Assembly (NCBI GenBank): GCA_023391185.1
Contig: JAEWBI010000042.1
Span: 1-51,899, forward strand
Source of the DNA: Bacillota bacterium
Lineage (GTDB): Bacteria; Bacillota_I; Bacilli_A; RF39; UBA660
Length of the DNA: 51,899 nt
Direction of reading: 5' to 3'
Shown piece after piece: positions 18,119 through 26,421 of this stretch. The notes beneath the pieces are model-generated. The model searched no databases. It saw only the letters and a list, made by a program, of their open reading frames with translations, and had not been told where the DNA came from. The translations under genes were made by a program, and so were the position numbers. How positions within the stretch are numbered: position 1 is the first letter of the stretch; each line of letters begins with the position of its first letter.

Positions 18119-18154
18119 TGAAATTGTAAAAAAGATATAACAGGAGGAAAGAAT

Positions 18155-20455
18155 ATGATAGTTACAGAGGAACAACTTCCAACAATTATGGTTGTAAAAA
18201 GAGATGGTAAAAAGGTTGATTTTAACGGATCAAAAGTAGCTATGGCTATTAAAAAAGGTTTTGATAGTGTAATAGATGAAGATGCTGAGGAGCCAAAATA
18301 TACTACAAAGGATATTCAAAAAGTATATCAAGGTGTTCTTAAAAGAATAAATAAGGAATATGCTGAAGAAGAAAAAATCAAAATTGAAACTATACAAGAT
18401 ATGATTGAAGATGAACTAAAGAAAAAAGGGTATGAAGATGTTTATAATTCATTCTCTGAATATAGGGAAAGAAGAGCACAATCTCGTCAATTATTTATAG
18501 ATGAAAAGAAAATGCATAAATTCTTAAAAACTATTGAAAGTTTAGGACTTAAATCTGCACGTGAAGAAGATACAAAAAGAGAAAATGCTAATGTAGATGG
18601 TGACACTGCAATGGGTACTATGCTTCAGTATGGTAGTACTGTTTCAAAAGAATTTGCTAAATCATATTTAATGAAAAAGAAATTTGCAGAGGCTCATGAC
18701 AGTGGTGACATTCATATACATGACATGGACTTTATGCCAATGGGAACAACTACTTGCTGCCAAATAGATTTAAATAAACTATTTAAGAATGGATTTTCAA
18801 CTGGTCACGGACATTTAAGGGAACCAAATGATATTATGTCTTATGGTGCACTTGCTGCCATTGCTATTCAATCAAATCAAAATGATCAACATGGTGGCCA
18901 GGCTATACCTGCTTTTGATTATTATTTAGCACCAGGTGTATTAAAAACATATAGAAAACAACTAAAGCAAATTATATATGATCTACTTGATTATTCTGGA
19001 TTTTTAACTTTTATTAATATGGATAAGATAGTAAAAGAACTAGATAAAATAGAAACAATTGAATTTGATATTCACGATCTTGATGAATGTGCAAAGGGTT
19101 CAGATGAAGTAAAACGTATCTTTGAAATGGGTGCTAAAAAGGCTTTACAAAAAACTGATCGTATTACTTTTCAAGCTATGGAAGCATTTATTCATAATTT
19201 AAATACAATGCATTCAAGAGCAGGAGCTCAAGTTCCATTTTCTTCAATTAACTTTGGAACTGATATAAGTCCAGAAGGAAGAATGGTAATTAAAAATTAT
19301 TTATTAGCTGCAGATGCTGGCTTAGGTAAGAGTGAAACTCCAATATTCCCAATATCAATATTTAAAGTAAAAGAAGGAGTTAACTATAATCCTGAAGATC
19401 CTAGCTATGATTTATTGCAATTAGCATGCAAAGTATCAGCGAAAAGATTATTTCCAAATTTCTCATTCTTAGATTCTCCATTCAATAAAGAGTTCTTGAA
19501 GGAAGGAGATTACAATACAGAAGTTGGTTATATGGGATGCCGTACTCGTGTTTTAGCTAATCATGTTGACCCAGAAAAAGCAATTACAGCTGGACGTGGA
19601 AACTTATCATTTACATCTATAAATTTACCACGCTTAGGTATTAAACACGGTATTGTTACTAAAGAACAAACTGATTTAGATGGTTTCTTTGAAGAACTAG
19701 GAGAATTACTTGAATTAGTTAAAGATCAATTACTTGAAAGATTTGAAATTCAATGTAATAGAAGAATTTACAATTTTCCTTTCTTATTAGGGCAAGGTGT
19801 TTGGATGGATAGTGAGAAATTAAAGCCAACGGATAGATTAAGAAAAGTATTAAAGCATGGTACATTAACAGTTGGATTTATTGGTCTTGCTGAATGTTTA
19901 AAAGCATTAATTGGTAAGCATCATGGTGAAAGCCAAGAAGCGCAAGAATTAGGTCTAAAAATAATTACATTTATGAGAAATAAACTAGATGAATTCTCAG
20001 ATAAATACAATTTAAACTTCAGTGTTATAGCAACACCAGCGGAAGGATTGTCTGGAAGATTCACTAGAATTGATAGAGCAATTTATGGAAAAATTAAAGG
20101 TGTAACTGATAGAGAATATTACACTAACTCATTCCATATTCCAGTTTATTATAATATTTCTGTAGCTAGAAAAATACATCTTGAAGCACCATATCATGCA
20201 CAGACTTTAGGTGGGCACATTACTTATATTGAATTAGACGGTGATACATCAGCGAATGTTAGTGCTTTTGAAAGCATTATTAGGATGATGAAAGAAGCTG
20301 GTATTGGTTATGGAGCAATAAACCATCCAGTTGATAGAGATCCTGTTTGTGGGTATGTAGGAGTTATTGGTGATGTATGTCCAAAATGTGGACGTCATAC
20401 AGGAGAACCAGTAAGTGTTGAAAAATTAAGAGAATTAGGCTGTGAATTAAAATAA
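18155..20455 (+). CDS. nrdD: Anaerobic ribonucleoside-triphosphate reductase (class III RNR), catalytic body lacking the glycyl-radical tail
   Basis: ATP-cone N-terminus (VVKRDGKKVDFNGSKV), the NrdD-type core (HIHDMDF, GTTTCCQ, MGCRTR, INHPVDRD) and a Cys-rich ribbon (VCGYVG..VCPKCG). It ends at a TAA before any RxxGY glycyl-radical motif. Confidence 0.9.
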   Translation: MIVTEEQLPTIMVVKRDGKKVDFNGSKVAMAIKKGFDSVIDEDAEEPKYTTKDIQKVYQGVLKRINKEYAEEEKIKIETIQDMIEDELKKKGYEDVYNSFSEYRERRAQSRQLFIDEKKMHKFLKTIESLGLKSAREEDTKRENANVDGDTAMGTMLQYGSTVSKEFAKSYLMKKKFAEAHDSGDIHIHDMDFMPMGTTTCCQIDLNKLFKNGFSTGHGHLREPNDIMSYGALAAIAIQSNQNDQHGGQAIPAFDYYLAPGVLKTYRKQLKQIIYDLLDYSGFLTFINMDKIVKELDKIETIEFDIHDLDECAKGSDEVKRIFEMGAKKALQKTDRITFQAMEAFIHNLNTMHSRAGAQVPFSSINFGTDISPEGRMVIKNYLLAADAGLGKSETPIFPISIFKVKEGVNYNPEDPSYDLLQLACKVSAKRLFPNFSFLDSPFNKEFLKEGDYNTEVGYMGCRTRVLANHVDPEKAITAGRGNLSFTSINLPRLGIKHGIVTKEQTDLDGFFEELGELLELVKDQLLERFEIQCNRRIYNFPFLLGQGVWMDSEKLKPTDRLRKVLKHGTLTVGFIGLAECLKALIGKHHGESQEAQELGLKIITFMRNKLDEFSDKYNLNFSVIATPAEGLSGRFTRIDRAIYGKIKGVTDREYYTNSFHIPVYYNISVARKIHLEAPYHAQTLGGHITYIELDGDTSANVSAFESIIRMMKEAGIGYGAINHPVDRDPVCGYVGVIGDVCPKCGRHTGEPVSVEKLRELGCELK

Positions 20456-20466
20456 AGGAGAAAAAT

Positions 20467-20649
20467 ATGAAGGATACTAAAATTGAGAAAACTGAACAAA
20501 AAGAAGAAAAGAAAATTGGTGACGGGATAGAATTTGAAAGAATTCGTCGTATTACTGGATATTTAGTTGGTACTGTAGACCGTTTTAATAATGGAAAACG
20601 TGCTGAAGAACACGACCGCGTTAAACATGATGTTTCAGGCGTAGCATAA
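20467..20649 (+). CDS. Stand-alone NrdD C-terminal glycyl-radical domain (60 aa)
   Basis: Contains IRRITGYLVGTVDRFNNGKRAEEHDRVKH, the signature of the NrdD radical-bearing C-terminus. The ATG is preceded by AAGGAG. It is in the -1 frame relative to nrdD. Confidence 0.7.
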   Translation: MKDTKIEKTEQKEEKKIGDGIEFERIRRITGYLVGTVDRFNNGKRAEEHDRVKHDVSGVA

Positions 20650-20651
20650 GC

Positions 20652-21218
20652 ATGAAGATTCGTTTGGCAGCGCCTATACAATATGATAGTATTGTAGATG
20701 GTGAAGGAATAAGAGCAGTTATGTGGACACAAGGATGCCCACATAACTGTCTAGGATGCCATAATCCAGAAACGCATGATTTTAACGGTGGTTTTGAAGT
20801 AGATACTAGTGAAGTTATAAAAGAACTACAAGAAAATTTAAGATATCAAGATGGTATAACACTTTCGGGTGGTGATCCATTTATGCAACCTAAAGCTGTT
20901 AGTGAAATTGCTAAAGCAATAAGTGAACTTAACAAAAATGTATGGGCTTATACTGGTTTTACATTTGAACAATTACTAGAAATGAGTAAAAAAAATAAAT
21001 ACATAATGGAGATTTTAAATAACATTGATGTTCTTGTAGATGGTAAATTTATAATTACTGAAAGAAGTATGGATTTATATTATAAGGGATCTAGGAATCA
21101 AAGAATCATAGATGTTAGAAAGAGTTTAAACTGTGATAAAGTAATACTTATTTCTAGGTATGCTAACGAAAAAAAATACGATAATATGATACAAAAAGAG
21201 GACTATATATTTGTTTAA
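20652..21218 (+). CDS. nrdG: Anaerobic ribonucleotide reductase activating protein (radical SAM)
   Basis: CPHNCLGCHN (CxxxCxxC) near the N-terminus, the GGDP motif, the size, and the position downstream of nrdD. Confidence 0.9.
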   Translation: MKIRLAAPIQYDSIVDGEGIRAVMWTQGCPHNCLGCHNPETHDFNGGFEVDTSEVIKELQENLRYQDGITLSGGDPFMQPKAVSEIAKAISELNKNVWAYTGFTFEQLLEMSKKNKYIMEILNNIDVLVDGKFIITERSMDLYYKGSRNQRIIDVRKSLNCDKVILISRYANEKKYDNMIQKEDYIFV

Positions 21219-21233
21219 TATATAGTCTTTTTT
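21201..21233 (+). terminator. Rho-independent terminator overlapping the nrdG stop
   Basis: GACTATATA-N9-TATATAGTC followed by TTTTTT. Confidence 0.7.
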
Positions 21234-21248
21234 GACATATGATATAGT

Positions 21249-22019
21249 ATGAAAAGAAAAATAAGACTTAAAAAAAAGGTTTTCCACAGTAAAAAAATTA
21301 AAAAAGCAAATCTTTTAATATTGATATTACTCTTTTTAATGCTTGCTATAGTTTTTACACTTAGTCAAATAAGTGCAAAGATAACACCAATTTTAGTAAA
21401 TTATGCAGAAATTGAAGTTAAAAAGTTAGCAACTATAGTAATAGGGAAAACAATTATAGACGAACTCTCTAGTGATTTAAGTACTGAATCATTATTTATT
21501 ATAAATAAAAATGCTGAAAGCAATATAGAAACAATTGATTTTAATACTGTTACTGTTAATAAAATCTTAATTGCTTCAGGTACAGCTGTACAAATGAATT
21601 TAAAATATTTGGAAGCTGGAGAGTTGGATAAAATAAGTATAGGTAAAGAATCGTTAATTAATTATGATGAAGATTCATTAGAGAAAGGAATCATTTATAG
21701 AGTTCCAATGGGCGCTGTTTTTAATAACTCTTTTTTATCAAATCTTGGTCCGAAAATACCTATTAAATTTAACTTGATTGGAAATATTGCTACAAACTTA
21801 AAAAATACAATAACTAATTATGGAATAAATAATGCCTTAATTGAGACAGTTATGCATCTAAAACTATCAATAAGAGTAATTTTACCTATTACAGCCAAAG
21901 AAATAAGCATAGAATCAGATGTGCCTATATCAATAAAAATGATATCTGGAAAAGTACCTGAATTATATTTAAATGGTTATAATCAAACCTCGCCTACTTT
22001 AACTTTGCCGGTGGAATAA
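21249..22019 (+). CDS. yunB: Sporulation protein YunB
   Basis: N-terminal TM. NLGPKIPIKFNLIGN...YGINNALIE...PISIKMISGKVPELY matches the remembered YunB family pattern closely. Confidence 0.85.
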   Translation: MKRKIRLKKKVFHSKKIKKANLLILILLFLMLAIVFTLSQISAKITPILVNYAEIEVKKLATIVIGKTIIDELSSDLSTESLFIINKNAESNIETIDFNTVTVNKILIASGTAVQMNLKYLEAGELDKISIGKESLINYDEDSLEKGIIYRVPMGAVFNNSFLSNLGPKIPIKFNLIGNIATNLKNTITNYGINNALIETVMHLKLSIRVILPITAKEISIESDVPISIKMISGKVPELYLNGYNQTSPTLTLPVE

Positions 22020-22058
22020 AATATCTATATGTGCTATAATTAAGCTAGAGGTGTTATT

Positions 22059-23762
22059 ATGGCGAAGAAAAAAAGGGTAAGGGTAAAAAATGTATTTTTG
22101 CTTCTAGTTTTAATTGTTGTTCTAATTGGTGGAATCTTTTATGCGGGTAAATATATACTTACTAGAACTATTGGTATAATTATTGAAAAATCAGTTGACG
22201 CTTATATAGGTTCAACTACTCCCGATGTTCAGTTATATAATATAGATTATACTGAAGCAGATAAAATTATTAGAGGAACTAAAATAATTTTATATGATAA
22301 AGATGTTATTAAAGAAGTAGATGATGAGGAGCCAGTGACATATAAGAAAATCAAATACAATAAAGAAACATATTTAATTAATCCTGGTAGTGTTGTAAAT
22401 ACATATGAGGAGGCGGTTATGGAAACTAAAAAATATGTTAGAACAAATATAACAGTTTATGTAGATAGTGAAAAAGTAGATATTAAAGGTTCACTAAAAA
22501 AAGGCGTTATGTTAGATATAATTGGTTTTGATAAGCTTAATAAAGATGGAACTGTTAATATGTACAAAATTAAGAGTGGTGATATAGAAGGTTATGCTTA
22601 TTCTAAATATTTAGTTGATACTTTAGAATTAGCAAATGCTAACTATGATCAAGATGGAATTTATAAAATACATGCAGGTAGAGGAGATAATCTAGGTGGT
22701 GGAAGTGCAGCTGATTTAGATTATTATCCAAATGAAAAACCAAAAATAGAGGGAAATGAAATGCCAACATATGCAAAAGCAATATATATGAATGCAGGAG
22801 TTGTTGGTAATGTTGATGCTTACATTCAGTTTGCTAAGAAATATGGAGTTAATGCCATTGTTGTAGATATCAAAGAAGATACTGTTCCGGGTTATCCTTC
22901 AAAAGTGATGCAGGAGTATTCACCAACTGCTTATGGTCGCGCCGCAAATAGCTGGGATAACTACAAGAATGCTATTGGAAAAATAAAAGATGCTGGAATA
23001 TACGCCATAGGAAGAATTGTAACGTTTAAGGATAGTTATTATATCACTGACCATCCTGAGGCAGCAATTATTAGTACTTCTACTGGTAAGCCTTATTTAC
23101 ATAATGGTTCTTATTGGCCAAGTGCCTTTGTAAGAAATGTTTGGGAATACAATGTTAAATTAGCCATTGAAGCAGTAAGAGAAATGGGATTTAATGAAAT
23201 ACAGTTTGATTATATGCGTTTCCCTGATAGAACTAATTCAATTGAAAAGCAAGGATTAGTAAATATGAAAAACACATATGGTGAAAGCAAAGCACAGGCA
23301 TTACAAAATTTCTTAATGTATGCTTGCGATGAAATACATAAAGCAGGTGCTTACGTTTCAGTAGATGTTTTTGGAGAAACATCAAACACTTACGTAACAG
23401 CTTATGGACAGTACTGGCCAGCTATTTCTAATGTAATTGATGCGATAAGTGCTATGCCATATCCAGATCATTTTGATGCAGGCCAATTTGGACTGCCAAC
23501 TCCATGGACACAACCATATACTTTAATGAAATTATGGGCGACGCAAGCAGCTGGTAGACAAACTGAAATACCAACACCTGCTATCGCAAGAACTTGGATA
23601 CAAGCATATAATGCTATTAAACCGCCATACAATGAATATGGTCCTTCACAAATAAGTGATCAAATTAAAGGATTAGTAGATGGTGGACTAACAGGTGGAT
23701 TTATTACATGGAATAGTGGTTCTAATTTAGATAAATACAATAGTATAGCAACGGGGTGGTAA
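22059..23762 (+). CDS. Membrane-anchored putative glycoside hydrolase (DUF4015 / GHL-type TIM barrel)
   Basis: N-terminal TM and an SH3-like middle region. The C-terminal block GVNAIVVDIKED...FNEIQFDYMRFPD is typical of DUF4015. Confidence 0.65.
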   Translation: MAKKKRVRVKNVFLLLVLIVVLIGGIFYAGKYILTRTIGIIIEKSVDAYIGSTTPDVQLYNIDYTEADKIIRGTKIILYDKDVIKEVDDEEPVTYKKIKYNKETYLINPGSVVNTYEEAVMETKKYVRTNITVYVDSEKVDIKGSLKKGVMLDIIGFDKLNKDGTVNMYKIKSGDIEGYAYSKYLVDTLELANANYDQDGIYKIHAGRGDNLGGGSAADLDYYPNEKPKIEGNEMPTYAKAIYMNAGVVGNVDAYIQFAKKYGVNAIVVDIKEDTVPGYPSKVMQEYSPTAYGRAANSWDNYKNAIGKIKDAGIYAIGRIVTFKDSYYITDHPEAAIISTSTGKPYLHNGSYWPSAFVRNVWEYNVKLAIEAVREMGFNEIQFDYMRFPDRTNSIEKQGLVNMKNTYGESKAQALQNFLMYACDEIHKAGAYVSVDVFGETSNTYVTAYGQYWPAISNVIDAISAMPYPDHFDAGQFGLPTPWTQPYTLMKLWATQAAGRQTEIPTPAIARTWIQAYNAIKPPYNEYGPSQISDQIKGLVDGGLTGGFITWNSGSNLDKYNSIATGW

Positions 23763-23763
23763 T

Positions 23764-24042
23764 ATGAAAAAAGTTAAAATTAATGAAGTTGATTATGAAG
23801 TAATAGAAAATTATAAAGATGCTCTAAGAATAGAAAATTTAAACGAAATGATGACTGACTACTTTGATGGATATGATTATATATTAGGAGATTGGTCTTA
23901 TGGTAAACTTAGATTAAAAGGATTTTGTGATAAACAAAATAAGATGAGGAATAATTTAAATTCATATGAGAGTATAAAAGAATATATAAAAAATTACTGC
24001 TCATTTGAGTGTCAATATTTTATATTGAAAAAAAATATCTAA
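23764..24042 (+). CDS. yutD: YutD-like protein (DUF1027)
   Basis: YDYILGDWSYGKLRLKGF...YIKNYCSFECQYFILKK matches the YutD family pattern. Confidence 0.8.
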   Translation: MKKVKINEVDYEVIENYKDALRIENLNEMMTDYFDGYDYILGDWSYGKLRLKGFCDKQNKMRNNLNSYESIKEYIKNYCSFECQYFILKKNI

Positions 24043-24114
24043 TAATTTGACAAAATAGCCTTTTTCTTATAAAATAATTCCCGTGTAAAAAAAACACAAA
24101 AAAGGAGTAGTTTT

Positions 24115-24786
24115 ATGAGTGTTTTTACTAAGGAATATAATAATTATCTAGAGACACTAATTACAATTTTCACTGTTGATAAAGGAAATTTGAGTGTTCT
24201 TCTAGTTCGTAAAAAAGATGAGCCATATAAAGGCTACTGGATTTTGCCAGGGAATATGCTAAAAAATACTGAAACTCTTGAAGATAATATTACAGATGCT
24301 GTACTTGATGATACTGGATTATTAAATGTTTATATTGAACAATGTTATACATTTAGTACATTAAAAAGAAATCCAGATGAGAGAGTTATAGCAACTTCTT
24401 TTATGGGAATAGTAGATAGTAAGAGTGCGGAAATAAAAAGAGAAGAAAGACCTGAAGTGGTTAGTGAATGGTTTTCTATAGATGCTATTCCTAAAATGGC
24501 TTATGATAATGAAGAAGTAATTAAAAGGAATGTAGAATATCTTAAAAAGAAAATTGTTAATAGTAATGTATTAAAAAGTTTATTTCCAAGTGATTTCACT
24601 CTTCCAGAACTTCAAAAGGTTTATGAACAAATTTTAGGTAAAAAACTAGATAGAAGAAATTTTAGAAAAAGATTTATTAGTTTAAATTTAATTGAAGATA
24701 CTAATGAAAAAAATATTGGATGCAGTGGACGTCCAGCAAAATTATATAGATTTAAGGATGAAATCAAGCAAATAGATTTATTTTAA
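24115..24786 (+). CDS. NrtR-like protein: Nudix-fold domain with a degenerate Nudix box plus a C-terminal winged helix
   Basis: The Nudix-like region is GNMLKNTETLEDNITDAVLDDTGL, with the RExxEE positions replaced by DAxxDD. The C-terminal FTLPELQKVYEQILGKKLDRRNFRKRF...GRPAKLYRF is typical of the NrtR wHTH. Confidence 0.65.
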   Translation: MSVFTKEYNNYLETLITIFTVDKGNLSVLLVRKKDEPYKGYWILPGNMLKNTETLEDNITDAVLDDTGLLNVYIEQCYTFSTLKRNPDERVIATSFMGIVDSKSAEIKREERPEVVSEWFSIDAIPKMAYDNEEVIKRNVEYLKKKIVNSNVLKSLFPSDFTLPELQKVYEQILGKKLDRRNFRKRFISLNLIEDTNEKNIGCSGRPAKLYRFKDEIKQIDLF

Positions 24787-24798
24787 GGCGGTGGTATT

Positions 24799-25296
24799 AT
24801 GAATAATAAAGGATTCGGAATTATAAATATTTTGATTTTTGCAATATTTGCAATATTAGCAATATTTGTATTTTATACTTTTGTAATGCAAATTGTAGGC
24901 ATAATGCCATCTCGTCATATTCCAAACTATACTAATGAATACAGCAAATATTTCAAATCAGCTATTAGTAATGATGTAAGTTATATTTCTAATAATAATA
25001 GAATAGAAGAATATACTAGCTATGATGATATTGAAGATTCTACTGTTAATGCCACTAAAAGATATATAGTTGATTATTATTCAACATTATTCGATAATGA
25101 TCCATTATATATAAATTTAACAACTTTACAAAGTTATGGGTATATAAGTACGATAATGGATATAAATAATAGTAGTACAGTTTGTACTGGCTATACAAAA
25201 GTTTTAAAAAATGGTAATAATGTAACTTATAATCCATATATAAATTGTGGCAGTAATTATACTACTGAAGGATATATTAGTAGATTAGATAAGTAA
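24799..25296 (+). CDS. Membrane-anchored hypothetical protein
   Basis: N-terminal hydrophobic segment. The RBS is GGCGGTGG. No domain was recognised. Confidence 0.5.
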   Translation: MNNKGFGIINILIFAIFAILAIFVFYTFVMQIVGIMPSRHIPNYTNEYSKYFKSAISNDVSYISNNNRIEEYTSYDDIEDSTVNATKRYIVDYYSTLFDNDPLYINLTTLQSYGYISTIMDINNSSTVCTGYTKVLKNGNNVTYNPYINCGSNYTTEGYISRLDK

Positions 25297-25320
25297 GGTC
25301 AAAACAGACCTTTTCTTTTC
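25295..25320 (+). terminator. Short rho-independent terminator
   Basis: AAGGTC-AAAACA-GACCTT followed by a T-rich tract. Confidence 0.55.
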
Positions 25321-25342
25321 TAATAATAAAATAAAAAAAGTG

Positions 25343-25371
25343 TTGACAACTACTATATAAAATGTTAATAT
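25343..25371 (+). promoter_or_regulatory. Sigma-A promoter of the str operon (TTGACA-17 bp-TAATAT with a TG extended -10)
   Basis: TTGACA at 25343-25348 and TGTTAATAT at 25363-25371. Confidence 0.7.
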
Positions 25372-25466
25372 ATTGTTGCATTCAACTAAAGGGTTTGCTT
25401 TGTGCAAACTTTTAATTAGTGTTGAAAAGAAACACCTGGATGTGTGTAAAGAGAGGAGGACAAAAA

Positions 25467-25886
25467 ATGCCTACAATTAATCAATTAGTAAGAAAAGGTA
25501 GAACTGATAAGGTTAGAAAAAGTAAAGCCCCAGTTTTAGGAGTTGGATATAACAGTAAAGAAAAGAAACAAACTGATCAAAACTCTCCACAAAAACGTGG
25601 TGTTTGTACTCGTGTTGGTACAATGGCTCCAAAAAAACCAAACTCAGCTTTAAGAAAATATGCTCGTGTTAGATTAAGTAATGGAATGGAAGTTACAGCT
25701 TACATCCCAGGAGAAGGACACAATCTACAAGAACATAGCGTTGTTTTAATTCGTGGAGGACGTGTTAAGGACTTAATCGGTGTTCGTTACCATATAATTC
25801 GTGGTACTATGGATACTGCTGGTATCGACAAACGTCGTCAAGGCCGTTCAAAATACGGTTCTAAGAGACCTAAAGCAGCTAAATAA
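25467..25886 (+). CDS. rpsL: 30S ribosomal protein S12
   Basis: [12 protein letters not shown]...[10 protein letters not shown]...[10 protein letters not shown]. The true start is the ATG at 25467, after a GAGGAGG RBS. The track ORF is extended upstream. Confidence 0.97.
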   Translation: MPTINQLVRKGRTDKVRKSKAPVLGVGYNSKEKKQTDQNSPQKRGVCTRVGTMAPKKPNSALRKYARVRLSNGMEVTAYIPGEGHNLQEHSVVLIRGGRVKDLIGVRYHIIRGTMDTAGIDKRRQGRSKYGSKRPKAAK

Positions 25887-25932
25887 TAAATTAAAAAATA
25901 GATATTAATTATAAACTGGAAGGAGGAATATT

Positions 25933-26400
25933 ATGCGTAAAAGACGTGCAGTTAAAAGAGATGTTTTAGCAGATCCAATATATAATTCTAAATTAGTAAC
26001 TAAGTTAGTTAACACAGTTATGTTAGATGGTAAAAAAGGAACTGCTCAAAAAATTCTATATAGTGCTTTTGATATGATTAAAGAGAAAACTGGTGAAGAA
26101 CCTGTAGAAGTTTATGAAAAAGCAATGGAAAATATTAGACCAGCTCTAGAAGTTAAATCTCGTCGTGTTGGTGGTGCAAACTATCAAGTACCTATCGAAG
26201 TTAGAGCTGATCGTAGTAATGCATTAGCATTACGTTGGTTAGTTCAATACTCTCGTTTAAGAGGTGGACACTCAATGGCTGAAAACTTAGCTAATGAAAT
26301 TATTGATGCATCAAATGGTGTTGGTGCAGCAGTTAAAAAGCGTGAAGATACACATCGTATGGCAGAAGCTAATAAGGCGTTCGCTCATTACCGTTGGTAG
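25933..26400 (+). CDS. rpsG: 30S ribosomal protein S7
   Basis: [14 protein letters not shown]...[14 protein letters not shown]...KAFAHYRW. Confidence 0.97.
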   Translation: MRKRRAVKRDVLADPIYNSKLVTKLVNTVMLDGKKGTAQKILYSAFDMIKEKTGEEPVEVYEKAMENIRPALEVKSRRVGGANYQVPIEVRADRSNALALRWLVQYSRLRGGHSMAENLANEIIDASNGVGAAVKKREDTHRMAEANKAFAHYRW

Positions 26401-26421
26401 TATCAGAGAAAGGAAACTATT

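Noticed and set aside
17799-18154. I looked for NrdR boxes (16-bp palindromes of the acaCwAtATaTwGtgt type) or a Rex/Fnr-type site upstream of nrdD.
   Set aside because: No CAC...GTG-type palindrome is present. The best candidate (ACATAAAATATAATACT, overlapping the -10 region) matches poorly. Only the CGAAC-AAA-GTTCG palindrome stands out, and it fits none of these consensus sequences.
20364-20744. A 126-aa minus-strand ORF spanning the nrdD end, the glycyl-radical ORF and the nrdG start.
   Set aside because: It is antisense to three ORFs that each carry unmistakable NrdD/NrdG motifs. Its own sequence has no recognisable features.
24799-24900. The N-terminus MNNKGFGIINILIF looked like a type IV prepilin leader.
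   Set aside because: It lacks the conserved Glu at +5 and the G-F-T/S-L-x-E pattern. There are no pilus assembly genes nearby.
25419-25466. N-terminal extensions in track ORFs: rpsL from 25419, pduL from 44254, the 17382 ORF, the 12049, 13112, 40802 and 42818 starts, and prfB at 36255.
   Set aside because: In each case a downstream ATG preceded by a good Shine-Dalgarno coincides with the conserved family N-terminus. The upstream extensions lack an RBS and encode non-conserved residues.
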